Shown here piece after piece: positions 9,150 through 18,636 of a stretch of DNA of 59,442 bases (its first letter is position 1; each line of letters begins with the position of its first letter). The DNA is from Bacteroidota bacterium (GTDB taxonomy: Bacteria; Bacteroidota; Bacteroidia; UKL13-3), in NCBI GenBank assembly GCA_027487625.1, contig JAIYDG010000144.1, positions 1 through 59,442 on the forward strand, written 5' to 3'. The position numbers were made by a program, and so were the translations under genes. A model generated the notes under the pieces. The model had not been told where the DNA came from, did no database searches, and saw nothing but the letters and a program-made list of their open reading frames with translations.

Positions 9150-9788
9150 ATGATTGAAATTAAATCTTTTGAATTCAATGATTTCCACGAAAACACATAT
9201 GTTGTTTGGGACGAAACTTTACAATGTATGATTGTTGATCCAGGTTGTTATACTGAAAAGGAAAAGAATGAACTTAAAAACTTCATTCTTGGCAAACAAC
9301 TCACCCCTGTTTTATTAGTCAATACACATTGCCATATCGATCATATTCTTGGAAATAATTTTGTTTCTGAACAATGGAATCTTGCGCTTCATTTACATAA
9401 GGATGAACTGAAAACCTATGAAGAAACTGGAAGATGGGCTGATTTTTTCGGAATTGTAACCAAAGAAATGCCAAAAGAATTGGTTTTTATTGATGATACT
9501 CAAAAACTAAATTTTGGTAATTCAAGCTTTGATATACTCTTTACACCCGGACATTCAATCGCTTCATTAAGTTTCTATAACCCTAATCAAAACTTTATTT
9601 TAGCCGGTGATGTTCTTTTTAGCAGAAGCATTGGCAGAACAGATTTACCAAGTGGAAATCATCAGCTTTTACTGGATATTATCAGTACCAAACTATTTAC
9701 TTTACCTGACGATTGTATAGTATATAGTGGCCATGGACCAGCAACAAATATTGGAGATGAAAAGAAATTTAATCCATTTTTAAATTAA
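9150..9788 (+). CDS. MBL-fold metallo-hydrolase (glyoxalase II-like)
   Basis: The ATG at 9150 (MIEIKSFEFNDF...) avoids overlap with yidD. Contains the HxHxDH motif (THCHIDH) and downstream His/Asp ligands (TPGHS, GDVLF, SGHG). Confidence 0.8.
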   Translation: MIEIKSFEFNDFHENTYVVWDETLQCMIVDPGCYTEKEKNELKNFILGKQLTPVLLVNTHCHIDHILGNNFVSEQWNLALHLHKDELKTYEETGRWADFFGIVTKEMPKELVFIDDTQKLNFGNSSFDILFTPGHSIASLSFYNPNQNFILAGDVLFSRSIGRTDLPSGNHQLLLDIISTKLFTLPDDCIVYSGHGPATNIGDEKKFNPFLN

Positions 9789-9793
9789 ATTTT

Positions 9794-9940
9794 ATGAGCT
9801 TTGATTGGCAAATAATTCCGGTTTTTCTAATATTCAGTTTGGCTGTTTATTATATTTTAAAACGATTCTTCTTCAAGAAAAAAGTTGCTAATTGCGGCTC
9901 TGATTGTGGATGTGGAGAAGGGATTAAACTTAAAAACTAA
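9794..9940 (+). CDS. FeoB-associated Cys-rich small membrane protein
   Basis: Not in the ORF track. The 48-aa product MSFDWQIIPVFLIFSLAVYYILKRFFFKKKVANCGSDCGCGEGIKLKN has one TM helix, a basic patch and a CGxxCGCG tail, which is the pattern of this family. No feoB is nearby. Confidence 0.55.
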   Translation: MSFDWQIIPVFLIFSLAVYYILKRFFFKKKVANCGSDCGCGEGIKLKN

Positions 9941-10007
9941 GTTTTACCCTTTGTAGACAAACTCTCTTGAAATAACAATGTTTTACATGGATACCAATAA
10001 CTATACC

Positions 10008-10430
10008 ATGTCACAAAAAATCAGTATTCCAATTTTATTCATTCTAGCATTATTTACTTTCCAATCTTCTAAAGCTCAAAACAGAACAGATTCTCTGCAA
10101 GCAGTGAATTTTTTTGGAACTATTTATGCTGTTAAAAGTAGCACCGCCCTTCAACTTAGTGAATTAAAACCTTTAGTAAAAAACAATCAAAATGCTTTTA
10201 AATCATTCAAAAAAGCAAGAAGAATTAAAGCATTCAGCATCGGTTTAGAAATTATTTCAATAATACCTGCTGCATTTGCAATTGCTACAGAAAATGAAAC
10301 AGAATTTTGGATAGGAATCGGAGTATCAGGAATTCTTAATGGAGTTGGTACCTATTTAATGTTAGATCCCTACAATAAACACATCACCAATTGCATCAAA
10401 GAATACAATAAGGGAAATAGTTATAGATAG
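10008..10430 (+). CDS. Hypothetical exported/membrane protein
   Basis: The ATG at 10008 gives a signal peptide (MSQKISIPILFILALFTFQSSKAQ), and two C-terminal hydrophobic helices follow. Its TAG stop is formed by the first bases of repeat copy A. Confidence 0.5.
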   Translation: MSQKISIPILFILALFTFQSSKAQNRTDSLQAVNFFGTIYAVKSSTALQLSELKPLVKNNQNAFKSFKKARRIKAFSIGLEIISIIPAAFAIATENETEFWIGIGVSGILNGVGTYLMLDPYNKHITNCIKEYNKGNSYR

Positions 10431-10764
10431 GGCCTGCTGAAAATTCATAATAGTACTTATTATCAACCAATTAGACTGTTTTTTTAATGATTTAAATTCA
10501 AGGTTTTAAGAGCAATTGTTAAAAAATCCTTGCATCAAGTACAATTAGTTTTCAATTAACTTAAAGACAGAAACAAGGCCATCTTTGTCGTTGCTGCCAA
10601 ATTGAAGTATCATACATACATCTTAAACACAAAATGGAAATCAAACAGTTTAATACAGAGGCAATTTTGTTTAGGCCAATTTGTTGGACTTTAACAAAAT
10701 GCATTCGGTATAATTTGGCAGCGTCTAAAATCTGACCTGTTTCTGTCTTTTTCAGCGGGCCCTA
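10428..10764 (+). repeat. Copy A of a TIR-bounded structured element (MITE or ncRNA), 337 nt
   Basis: Starts TAGGGCCTGCTGAAAA and ends TTTTCAGCGGGCCCTA. Colinear with 38981-39227, with a 63-nt identical core at 10548-10610, nested long-range stems, and a 90-nt insertion (10624-10713) in the apical loop relative to copy B. Confidence 0.85.
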
Positions 10765-10770
10765 GATAAC

Positions 10771-10804
10771 AAAAAAGCCATTCGCAAAACGAATGGCTTT
10801 TTTG
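10771..10804. terminator. Bidirectional terminator between convergent genes
   Basis: AAGCCATTCG-CAAAA-CGAATGGCTT hairpin flanked by an A-run and a T-run. Confidence 0.7.
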
Positions 10805-10820
10805 TTTAAAATCATTAAGA

Positions 10821-11753
10821 TTACTTCAAATTGCTTAGCATCACTTCAGTCATTTTATCCAAATCAAATTCTGGCTTCCAATTCCAATGCTCACGTGCTT
10901 CTGCATCATTAATACTTTGAGGCCAGCTATCGGCAATGGCTTGTCTAAAATCTGGATTATAACTCAATGTAAAATTAGGGATGTGTTTTCTGATACTTGC
11001 AGCAATACCTTCTGGATCAAAACTCATACCTGCTACATTATAACTGCTTCTAATTTTAACTTGCTCGGCTGGCGCTTCCATCAACTCAATTGTTGCTCTG
11101 ATTGCATCATCCATATACATCATTGGAAGTGTTGTTCCAGCTGCTAAAAAGCTGGTATATGAAGCATTTTTAATGGCCTCATGGTAAATATGAACTGCAT
11201 AATCAGTTGTTCCTCCACCTGGAGCACTTTTCCAACCAATTAAGCCAGGATACCTGATACTTCTTACATCAACACCATACTTCTGGTGGTAATATTCACA
11301 AAACCTCTCCCCTGCTTGTTTACTGATTCCGTAAATGGTGTTTGGCTCCATTACAGTGTATTGAGGAGTATTAACTCTAGGAGTGCCTGGACCAAAAACC
11401 GCAATAGAACTAGGCCAGTAAACTTTTTTAATCAGTCCTTCTTTGGCAGCATCCAAAATATGGAACAAACCATTCATGTTTAAATCCCAGGCAAATTTTG
11501 GATTTTTTTCTGCTGTTGCACTTAATAAAGCAGCTAAAAGGTAAACTTGAGTAATTCCATGTTTTTTAACAATTTCATGAAACCTATCTTTATCTAATAC
11601 ATCTAATACCTCAAATGGCCCTTCTTGATTATCTAAGGCTCTTAAATCGCCGCAAACAACATTATCAAAACCATAATTCTTACGTAAGGTTGCGGCCAAC
11701 TCAAGGCCAATTTGGCCATTTGAGCCAATGATTAATATTTTTTCCGTTGACAT
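10821..11753 (-). CDS. tdh: L-threonine 3-dehydrogenase, SDR/UDP-glucose-4-epimerase-like type
   Basis: 310 aa. The Rossmann motif IIGSNGQIG, the YxxxK motif (YGISK) and the overall pattern match short-chain TDHs of Flavobacteria. The partner enzyme gene kbl is in the same window. Confidence 0.75.
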   Translation of the reverse strand: MSTEKILIIGSNGQIGLELAATLRKNYGFDNVVCGDLRALDNQEGPFEVLDVLDKDRFHEIVKKHGITQVYLLAALLSATAEKNPKFAWDLNMNGLFHILDAAKEGLIKKVYWPSSIAVFGPGTPRVNTPQYTVMEPNTIYGISKQAGERFCEYYHQKYGVDVRSIRYPGLIGWKSAPGGGTTDYAVHIYHEAIKNASYTSFLAAGTTLPMMYMDDAIRATIELMEAPAEQVKIRSSYNVAGMSFDPEGIAASIRKHIPNFTLSYNPDFRQAIADSWPQSINDAEAREHWNWKPEFDLDKMTEVMLSNLK

Positions 11754-11792
11754 GCTTGTTGGTTTGGTATTTGGACTTCAAATGTAAAAAAA

Positions 11793-13460
11793 TCATTGTG
11801 CTATCAAAGCACTTCTTAACTTGAATTTTCCCCCAAGTGAACCCGGAAGTTCTGTAAATGGAGTATCAGTTGGACTTATCCAGACTAATTTCGATGTATC
11901 AATTTTGTTTTCACCCAATCTCATTTTAAAAGATTTAGCCCAACCCGAATCAATTGCATAGTCATCTTCCTTCCCCAACAACAATTCTAAATAAGAGTTT
12001 AATTCTTTAGTTTTTTGATTAACCGCACTTATCACTTTAACCTCCATTCGGTAAACATTAAAAAATAAGCCTAATAGACAAATAAAACTTAACCATTTTA
12101 ATTGTGCATGTTCCCATAAAGAAGCTGCAAATACAACTGTGAGTAGCCAAAAATGTGGTACATATCTAAATATATAAGCTTCAGGATTGATAAAAATACT
12201 AATTAGTAAAACCAAAGTAAATCCAAGCATAAACCATTTGTACTTTTTGTCTTTGTTGAATATCAAACCCAATAAAAAAACAATAAGTGCTAAACTAAAT
12301 GCTTCCTGAAATAAAGGTCCAAATGCACTTATATCTGGAATTCCACTACCATAACTTCCCAAACCATCAAAGGTAAATGGTGCTTTAAATTTTGTCACAT
12401 TTGGTGTTCTAATCCAACCTGCTTCTGAATAAAGTGAAATCGTAAATTTTTCAAATCGATTTAAACCTTTAAAGTTTTCAGGATAATTCACATCACCAAA
12501 AAAATTGATTTCAGGATTTTCAACCACAGGAAAAAATGGATGTCCTTTTTCCATGGTATTTGAAATAAATGGATGGTAACCAAAAACACCTACTACAAGT
12601 ATTACAAAAAGTGAAAACCTTAGAAACCAAATTCTCCAGTTTTTTACTGATTTTATTACAACTAAAATGGCAAAAAACATCATAAAAATTACGGTATAAA
12701 CAGTTCCTGTTATTTTTAGATGTGTTAAAATAGCAAAACAAATAAAAGCAGGTAGCCAGGCTGTTTCGTCTTTGCCAAATATTTGAACAACAATAAAAAT
12801 AATACCTAAACTTAAAATGATTGCAATTGGTCCATCCAAATAAAAAGTAAACAAATTCAATAATGTAATTGGATTCAATGAAATAAGAATTCCGATACTT
12901 ATTGACTTCCATTTGTTCCAGCCGAAGTTATTTGCCAATAACCCCCCACATAATATAAATGATGAAGCTAAAATAAGCGCTAAACTTATACCTTTTGCGG
13001 CCTCAATTGTTTGGGTGAACAAATAAATTGAAGCTCCATAAACCCAATTACCAGTAGGAAAATAATTTAAATAATAAAAACAATAGGCAGTTTCCTCCTC
13101 AGCCAAATAACGCTTATAAGGATTCCAGGATTTAGCCAAATTATAAACCGCATCATGATGGTACCAAATAGCATCAAATAATGTTTCATGATAAAATGTT
13201 GCCCACCATAAACAAATACCCAAAATGCCTATTGAAACGAAAGGAATGATAAGAGATTTAAGCCAATTGAATTGAGCTGTTCTATTTAAATAAAATGAAA
13301 ATAAAGTTACAAAACTTATTATCGATAATGGCGCTGTTAAAGAAGTTAAAGATTGTCCAATAATTAAATTTACAAAGCCTCCAAAAATCAGTATTGCATA
13401 GATAAAAACAATACCCAATCCAACATAATAAATAGCAGAATACTTGTTAGTTGTTTGCAT
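11793..13460 (-). CDS. Polytopic inner-membrane protein of unknown function (~14 TM)
   Basis: The ATG at 13460 (MQTTNKYSAIYYVGLG...) sits 2 nt after the stop of the upstream helicase gene. The longer track start (13520) would overlap that gene. Very hydrophobic throughout. Confidence 0.6.
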   Translation of the reverse strand: MQTTNKYSAIYYVGLGIVFIYAILIFGGFVNLIIGQSLTSLTAPLSIISFVTLFSFYLNRTAQFNWLKSLIIPFVSIGILGICLWWATFYHETLFDAIWYHHDAVYNLAKSWNPYKRYLAEEETAYCFYYLNYFPTGNWVYGASIYLFTQTIEAAKGISLALILASSFILCGGLLANNFGWNKWKSISIGILISLNPITLLNLFTFYLDGPIAIILSLGIIFIVVQIFGKDETAWLPAFICFAILTHLKITGTVYTVIFMMFFAILVVIKSVKNWRIWFLRFSLFVILVVGVFGYHPFISNTMEKGHPFFPVVENPEINFFGDVNYPENFKGLNRFEKFTISLYSEAGWIRTPNVTKFKAPFTFDGLGSYGSGIPDISAFGPLFQEAFSLALIVFLLGLIFNKDKKYKWFMLGFTLVLLISIFINPEAYIFRYVPHFWLLTVVFAASLWEHAQLKWLSFICLLGLFFNVYRMEVKVISAVNQKTKELNSYLELLLGKEDDYAIDSGWAKSFKMRLGENKIDTSKLVWISPTDTPFTELPGSLGGKFKLRSALIAQ

Positions 13461-13462
13461 AA

Positions 13463-16400
13463 TTATTCTTCCTCTTCTACTGTATTTGGTGCTGCCAATA
13501 ATTCTTTTCCTTTCATCCAATCCTTTGTAAAATTACACCAATCACAATCTTCTTTACCACAACCCTTAGAGAACTCCTTTGCTTTAATTTTTCCGTAAAC
13601 ATCAATTACTTGCTTTTTTACAATTTCTAAATCTATTGGAGTAATTGCTACTTTTTCTTTGTGAAAGTGACCATCAATTTGGTCAGGTTCTACAAAATCA
13701 AATTCAGCACTTCTCATTTCCCATTGTTTGGTTTGATCGTAATCTAAAATCAATTTATAAAATACTGCCTGTCTCCAATAATCTCCACCATTTACATCTT
13801 CAAAAGAAGGTTCTTTTCCTTTTGCAATATCTGCTTGAACTTTCTCATCATTTGGTCTGCCAAATTTCTTTAATGCTTTTTTATAATTGCCAGTTTTATA
13901 ATCAACCACATTTACAAAATTACCATCAAACTCAAGTTTATCTAATTTACCATTGATAGGAACTCCTTTCATCACAACATTCCTATAACTCTTTTCAATA
14001 CTTGTAACCTTATTCCAATAATTGATGTATTGCTCATAAAACTTCACCAAAATTTGTTCTCCGTATTCCAATCGCCTTTCATAAGCTGCTTCAACAAAAC
14101 TATCCTGATGCTTTTTCATATACCACCTAAAATCACTTAAAAATTTAGTGGAATCATGAAACTGTTTTTCAGGATTTTCATTCATCTTTTTAAACAACAT
14201 TTCCAATGCGTAATGCACTGCAGAACCAAATGTTAATGCGCCACTTTTAGCAGCAGGTACTTTAATAAAATTATTGAAATAAAAAGACAAAGGACAGTGC
14301 AAATATGCATTCAAATGTGTTACACTTAAGGTGTATTTTTCTATTAAACTATCAATATAAGGTGAGTCTAATAAACTTTTTGGAAGCTCTATTTCCTTCT
14401 GTTCATTTATTCCTGCAATGAAATTACTAAGGTCTTCCGTTTGCATAAAAACCTCCAGTTCATCGGCCAATCCTGCTTCACGAATTTCGGCAACAAACAA
14501 ACTTGGTTCTAATTCTTTACCTTTTAAATCATGTTGATGATAACTAATTACCAATTGTTTTCTGGCTCTAGTTAATGCAACATAAAACAACCTTCGCGCC
14601 TCTTCAATTTCCTCTTCAGTATGATTGAATAAATTATCGGGCATTTTGTATTGATTCCGGGTTTTACTTGAATCCCATTTCTGACTATTTACACCCAATA
14701 AAAATACATGATCGAACTCCAAACCTTTGGATGAATGAGCTGTTATGAAATTCACTCCATCTTCACTGTAATAAACCCTTTCAGCTGGAAGTGAAATTTC
14801 TTGTTCAACCATTAAATTCAATAAAGTTACTATTGATTTTAATTGATGAGTTGTTTGTTTATTGCATTCTGTTTTAATGAAACCAAAAAATGTATTAATC
14901 ATTTCCATTTGCCAACTTTGGTCTGCTCCACCTAAAGCTGCTGATAAAAATCCACATTGATTGATAATCTTTTGAATCAATTCCTGAACAGTAACATTAT
15001 GCACCTCACCTATTAAACTTTCAATGGTTTGTGTGAACCTAACCAATGATGTAACATCTTTTTCAGGCTCAAATAAACTTTGCTGCTTTTTAGTAGCTAG
15101 AGACTTTAATTCATCTCTCCAGGAAGTACTTCTATTATCAAAATTCTTTCTTGCAATTTCTGTTGAAATAGAAGCTAATTCCAACAAGGGAATTTTAAAT
15201 TCATCATAATGTAAAATCTCGAATAAATAGGTTTCACCACTATGTGCCTTCCTACTTTCTGCATCTACATAACGCATAACCTGAATTATCTTTCTGATAA
15301 CAGGATACTGAAGAATATTTTCTCTTCTTCTTGTATTTATTCCTAATCCTTTTTTCTGTAAGTATTTAATAATCTCATTCGATTGCGCATGATTTTTATA
15401 CAATACTGCAATTTCTTTTAATGGAACACCTTGCTGATGTAACTGTAAAATATTTTCTGTTATTGCTGATGCTTCATGTAATGAATTATGACAAGTCCAA
15501 ATACTTGGTTTATAAGTTGAATTATGAGCATTCGGACCTTTTGCTGACAGCGTTTTATCTTCTAAAATTCTGGTTTTATTATTCTTTATTACTTGAGCTG
15601 AAATATCCAAAATAATTTGAGTACTTCTATAGTTGTTTTCAAGAGGAATCAATTCTAGGTGGTCTTTAAACTGACTTTGAAACTGAACTATATTTTCAAC
15701 ATTGGCTCCTTGAAACCTATAAATACTTTGGTCATCATCGCCAACAGCAAAAACGTTTGGTTTATCCCAATACTGAATCAGTTTTTGAAGCAATTCGTTT
15801 TGAGAACCAGAAGTATCTTGAAATTCATCAACCAAAAAGTATAAAAATCTTTCTTGATAAGATGCCAATAAACCTGAATTCTCATGAAATGCTTTAATCA
15901 CCCAAAGAATCATATCATTAAAGTCATATCGCTTTAATTCTTGAAGTCTTTTGTTATAATCATCAAACAAATTTGCTGCGGCTTTCAGCAATTCCATTTT
16001 CCTTAGCTCTTCATTCAGTTTATCGGTATTTAAATCTCCTTTCGAAAATTTAGTTCCATCCTTTCTTGTACCAGCTCTTTTGTAAATGTATTCATCTCTA
16101 AACTCAAGTTCTTTGCAATAAGCTTCAATTTTTTGAGATAAATATTCAGGCTTCCAATCCTCTCTTTTCATGATATCAAAAAGAGATTTCATTCTGTCAC
16201 TCTCGAAATACTCTTCTCCGGTGTAGCGTTTTAAAGGATGATTTTTAGGTAAATCATCAATTATTGCTCTTAATATTTGAACTTGCTCTAATTCATCAAC
16301 AGGGTCTAAATTTCTAAATCCAAATACATCCAGATTTTCCTGGATAACCATGTTACAAAAGGAGTGAAATGTATGTATTGCAACACGGTAAGAATCAGGA

Positions 16401-16660
16401 CCAATAAAAGAAAGCAAGCGCTTTCTCATGGCAATTGTTCCTGCATCAGTATAAGTTAAACAAAGAATGTTTTCAGGTAAGGTATCGGTTTCAACAAGAA
16501 TGTTTGCAATTCTGGCCGCTAAAATTTGCGTTTTACCTGTTCCTGGGCCTGCTATTACTAAAACTGGGCCATCAATAGCCTGAACAGCTTTTAGTTGTTG
16601 CTGATTTAATTCCTTTAAAATCGAATCAAACTTTTGTTGATATTGTTCTCTGAGCATCAT
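13463..16660 (-). CDS. UvrD/PcrA-type helicase fused to a C-terminal PD-(D/E)XK (Cas4/AddB-like) Fe-S nuclease
   Basis: 1065 aa. Walker A AGPGTGKT, DEFQD motif II and the helicase C-terminal motifs VALTRAR are present. The C-terminal nuclease region has one upstream Cys (LHCPLSFY) and a terminal CGKEDCDWC cluster. Confidence 0.85.
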   Translation of the reverse strand: MMLREQYQQKFDSILKELNQQQLKAVQAIDGPVLVIAGPGTGKTQILAARIANILVETDTLPENILCLTYTDAGTIAMRKRLLSFIGPDSYRVAIHTFHSFCNMVIQENLDVFGFRNLDPVDELEQVQILRAIIDDLPKNHPLKRYTGEEYFESDRMKSLFDIMKREDWKPEYLSQKIEAYCKELEFRDEYIYKRAGTRKDGTKFSKGDLNTDKLNEELRKMELLKAAANLFDDYNKRLQELKRYDFNDMILWVIKAFHENSGLLASYQERFLYFLVDEFQDTSGSQNELLQKLIQYWDKPNVFAVGDDDQSIYRFQGANVENIVQFQSQFKDHLELIPLENNYRSTQIILDISAQVIKNNKTRILEDKTLSAKGPNAHNSTYKPSIWTCHNSLHEASAITENILQLHQQGVPLKEIAVLYKNHAQSNEIIKYLQKKGLGINTRRRENILQYPVIRKIIQVMRYVDAESRKAHSGETYLFEILHYDEFKIPLLELASISTEIARKNFDNRSTSWRDELKSLATKKQQSLFEPEKDVTSLVRFTQTIESLIGEVHNVTVQELIQKIINQCGFLSAALGGADQSWQMEMINTFFGFIKTECNKQTTHQLKSIVTLLNLMVEQEISLPAERVYYSEDGVNFITAHSSKGLEFDHVFLLGVNSQKWDSSKTRNQYKMPDNLFNHTEEEIEEARRLFYVALTRARKQLVISYHQHDLKGKELEPSLFVAEIREAGLADELEVFMQTEDLSNFIAGINEQKEIELPKSLLDSPYIDSLIEKYTLSVTHLNAYLHCPLSFYFNNFIKVPAAKSGALTFGSAVHYALEMLFKKMNENPEKQFHDSTKFLSDFRWYMKKHQDSFVEAAYERRLEYGEQILVKFYEQYINYWNKVTSIEKSYRNVVMKGVPINGKLDKLEFDGNFVNVVDYKTGNYKKALKKFGRPNDEKVQADIAKGKEPSFEDVNGGDYWRQAVFYKLILDYDQTKQWEMRSAEFDFVEPDQIDGHFHKEKVAITPIDLEIVKKQVIDVYGKIKAKEFSKGCGKEDCDWCNFTKDWMKGKELLAAPNTVEEEE

Positions 16661-16728
16661 ATGAGGTGCTCAATTTAAGTCGATTTTAGGAAGCAAAAAA
16701 ACTAAGAAGAATAATTTAAAAGAAAGTT

Positions 16729-17202
16729 CTATGATTTTTTTAGCAGAACAGTTGCATATGCAACAATTCCTTCACCTCTGCCAATAAAACCCATTTTTTC
16801 ATTGGTTGTAGCTTTCACAGAAACATCATCAATGGAAATCTTACAAATATGTGCAATCGATTCTCTCATTGCTTTTGCATGTGGCATAACTTTGGGTTTT
16901 TCACAAACAATACAAGTATCAATATTTCCTACAAAATAGCCCTTTTCTTCTATCAATGAAATACATTTTGATAAAATTAAACCACTATTTATACCTTCAA
17001 TACTTTTATCTGTATTTGGAAAATGTTCGCCTATATCACCTAAGGCAAGTGCACCTAAAACTGCATCAGAAATTGCGTGTAAAAGCACATCGGCATCACT
17101 ATGACCCAAAATTCCTTTTTCTGATTCAATCTTAACTCCACCTAAAATAAATGGTCTGTTTTCTGCTAATTGATGAACATCAAACCCGAAACCTATTCTC
17201 AT
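16729..17202 (-). CDS. ispF: 2-C-methyl-D-erythritol 2,4-cyclodiphosphate synthase
   Basis: 157 aa. MRIGFGFDVHQL..., GHSDADVLLHAI and the remaining pattern are unmistakably IspF. Confidence 0.95.
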   Translation of the reverse strand: MRIGFGFDVHQLAENRPFILGGVKIESEKGILGHSDADVLLHAISDAVLGALALGDIGEHFPNTDKSIEGINSGLILSKCISLIEEKGYFVGNIDTCIVCEKPKVMPHAKAMRESIAHICKISIDDVSVKATTNEKMGFIGRGEGIVAYATVLLKKS

Positions 17203-17203
17203 A

Positions 17204-18484
17204 TTATTCGGCTATTTCGTCATCGTTTTTCTTTTTCTCATCTTTTGATTGACTGGCAAAAGCATCAAAATCAAACAAGAAAGAAAAACGTAAAGTATTA
17301 TTCAATGGATGGTTTTGCCCAATTGCCACCAAATATGATAAGTCTAATCCAAAAACACTGAATTTAAATCCTGTTCCAAAAGTTAAATACTTTCTATTTC
17401 CTTTGGTTGGACTTTCATGAAAATAACCAGCTCTTAAAGCAAATTGTTTATCATACCAATACTCTAATCCAGCAGAATAATTTATTTCTTTTAACTCCTC
17501 TTTTAATCCACCTGGTGCATCATAAAAAGATTGTGTCATCCCTTGAATTAAAGGAACATCAGGATCCATTCCTTCTAAAATTACAGTATTTCCATTTTCA
17601 ATAACTACTCTACCAGATGAATCTGTTTTATAAATAGGATTTGTAGGAACTAATAATTTAGTAAAATCAACAGCTAATGCAATGGTATTGTATTGGTCGA
17701 TTTCAACCTGACCATAAGTACCTAATCTTAAATTTACTGGAATAAAGTTTTCGTATTGTTGAGATGTATATGAAATTTTAGAACCAATATTTGTTATAGC
17801 ACCGCCAAAACCATAATTAACTTTGTAATTTTTACCTTCTAATTTTACCCTAGTTTTATTGGTATAATAAGCTGTAATATCACCAGCAAAAGAATTTCCA
17901 GCACCAACTGGAGTTTGAGATTGATTGAATCCACCAGCTAAATCAGAACGAATATATCTGAAAGCAATACCTAATGAAAAATGGTCGGAAAGTTTTGAGG
18001 CATAACCCAAATCCAAGGCCAATTCGTTTGGTGTGTAATTACCAGTACTGTTACCAAATTGGTCGGTAAAGTTAATTTGACCTAAAGAAAAATACCTCAA
18101 AGAACCTGCTACTGCTGATTGCTCATTGATTTTTCCATAAATAGATAAGTAACCTAAATTAATATCTGGAACCAACTGCTTTAACCAAGGTGTATAAGAC
18201 AAAGAAACAGCTCCTTTTCTTTCATTAAAAGGAAATTTCGCCATATTCCAATGCAATGCATTCGGGTCATTGGGAGTAGCAGCTCCTAAATCGCCCATTC
18301 CACCTGCTCTTGAATCAGGAGTAATCATTAGAAAAGGGACAGCAGTTGTGATTGTATTCTGTCTGCCATCTAATCCCGTATTTGAGCCTCCAACTGTAAC
18401 TTGAGCTTCACTATTCTTTACAATACCCGAAAAAATAAGGGCTGTAAATCCTAACTTAATAATTGAATTCTTCACTTTATTCAT
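17204..18484 (-). CDS. porV: T9SS outer-membrane shuttle/channel protein PorV (LptO)
   Basis: 426 aa. Signal peptide, then ...TAVPFLMITPDSRAGGMGDLGAAT...NPA and a beta-barrel pattern. Lies directly downstream of porU. Confidence 0.9.
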   Translation of the reverse strand: MNKVKNSIIKLGFTALIFSGIVKNSEAQVTVGGSNTGLDGRQNTITTAVPFLMITPDSRAGGMGDLGAATPNDPNALHWNMAKFPFNERKGAVSLSYTPWLKQLVPDINLGYLSIYGKINEQSAVAGSLRYFSLGQINFTDQFGNSTGNYTPNELALDLGYASKLSDHFSLGIAFRYIRSDLAGGFNQSQTPVGAGNSFAGDITAYYTNKTRVKLEGKNYKVNYGFGGAITNIGSKISYTSQQYENFIPVNLRLGTYGQVEIDQYNTIALAVDFTKLLVPTNPIYKTDSSGRVVIENGNTVILEGMDPDVPLIQGMTQSFYDAPGGLKEELKEINYSAGLEYWYDKQFALRAGYFHESPTKGNRKYLTFGTGFKFSVFGLDLSYLVAIGQNHPLNNTLRFSFLFDFDAFASQSKDEKKKNDDEIAE

Positions 18485-18636
18485 ATCTACTAATCAACAA
18501 AAATAACTTTCCAATTAACTTATCCAATTTTTACCTGTTCCATATTTAGTTTAGCCTTAAAAATAAGTAAACTAAAAATTAGAAAAACCTTAAGAAAGCA
18601 CATAAAACGGCAATCCACAAATTAAATTGCCATCTA

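Noticed and set aside
10428-10764. The two-copy element as a known housekeeping RNA (tmRNA, RNase P RNA, SRP, 6S), riboswitch or hammerhead-type ribozyme.
   Set aside because: Two paralogous copies rule out the single-copy RNAs. No RNase P (GGAAAGUCC), tmRNA tag/CCA-end, or hammerhead (CUGAnGA...GAAA) core motifs are present. Neither copy sits in a 5' UTR.
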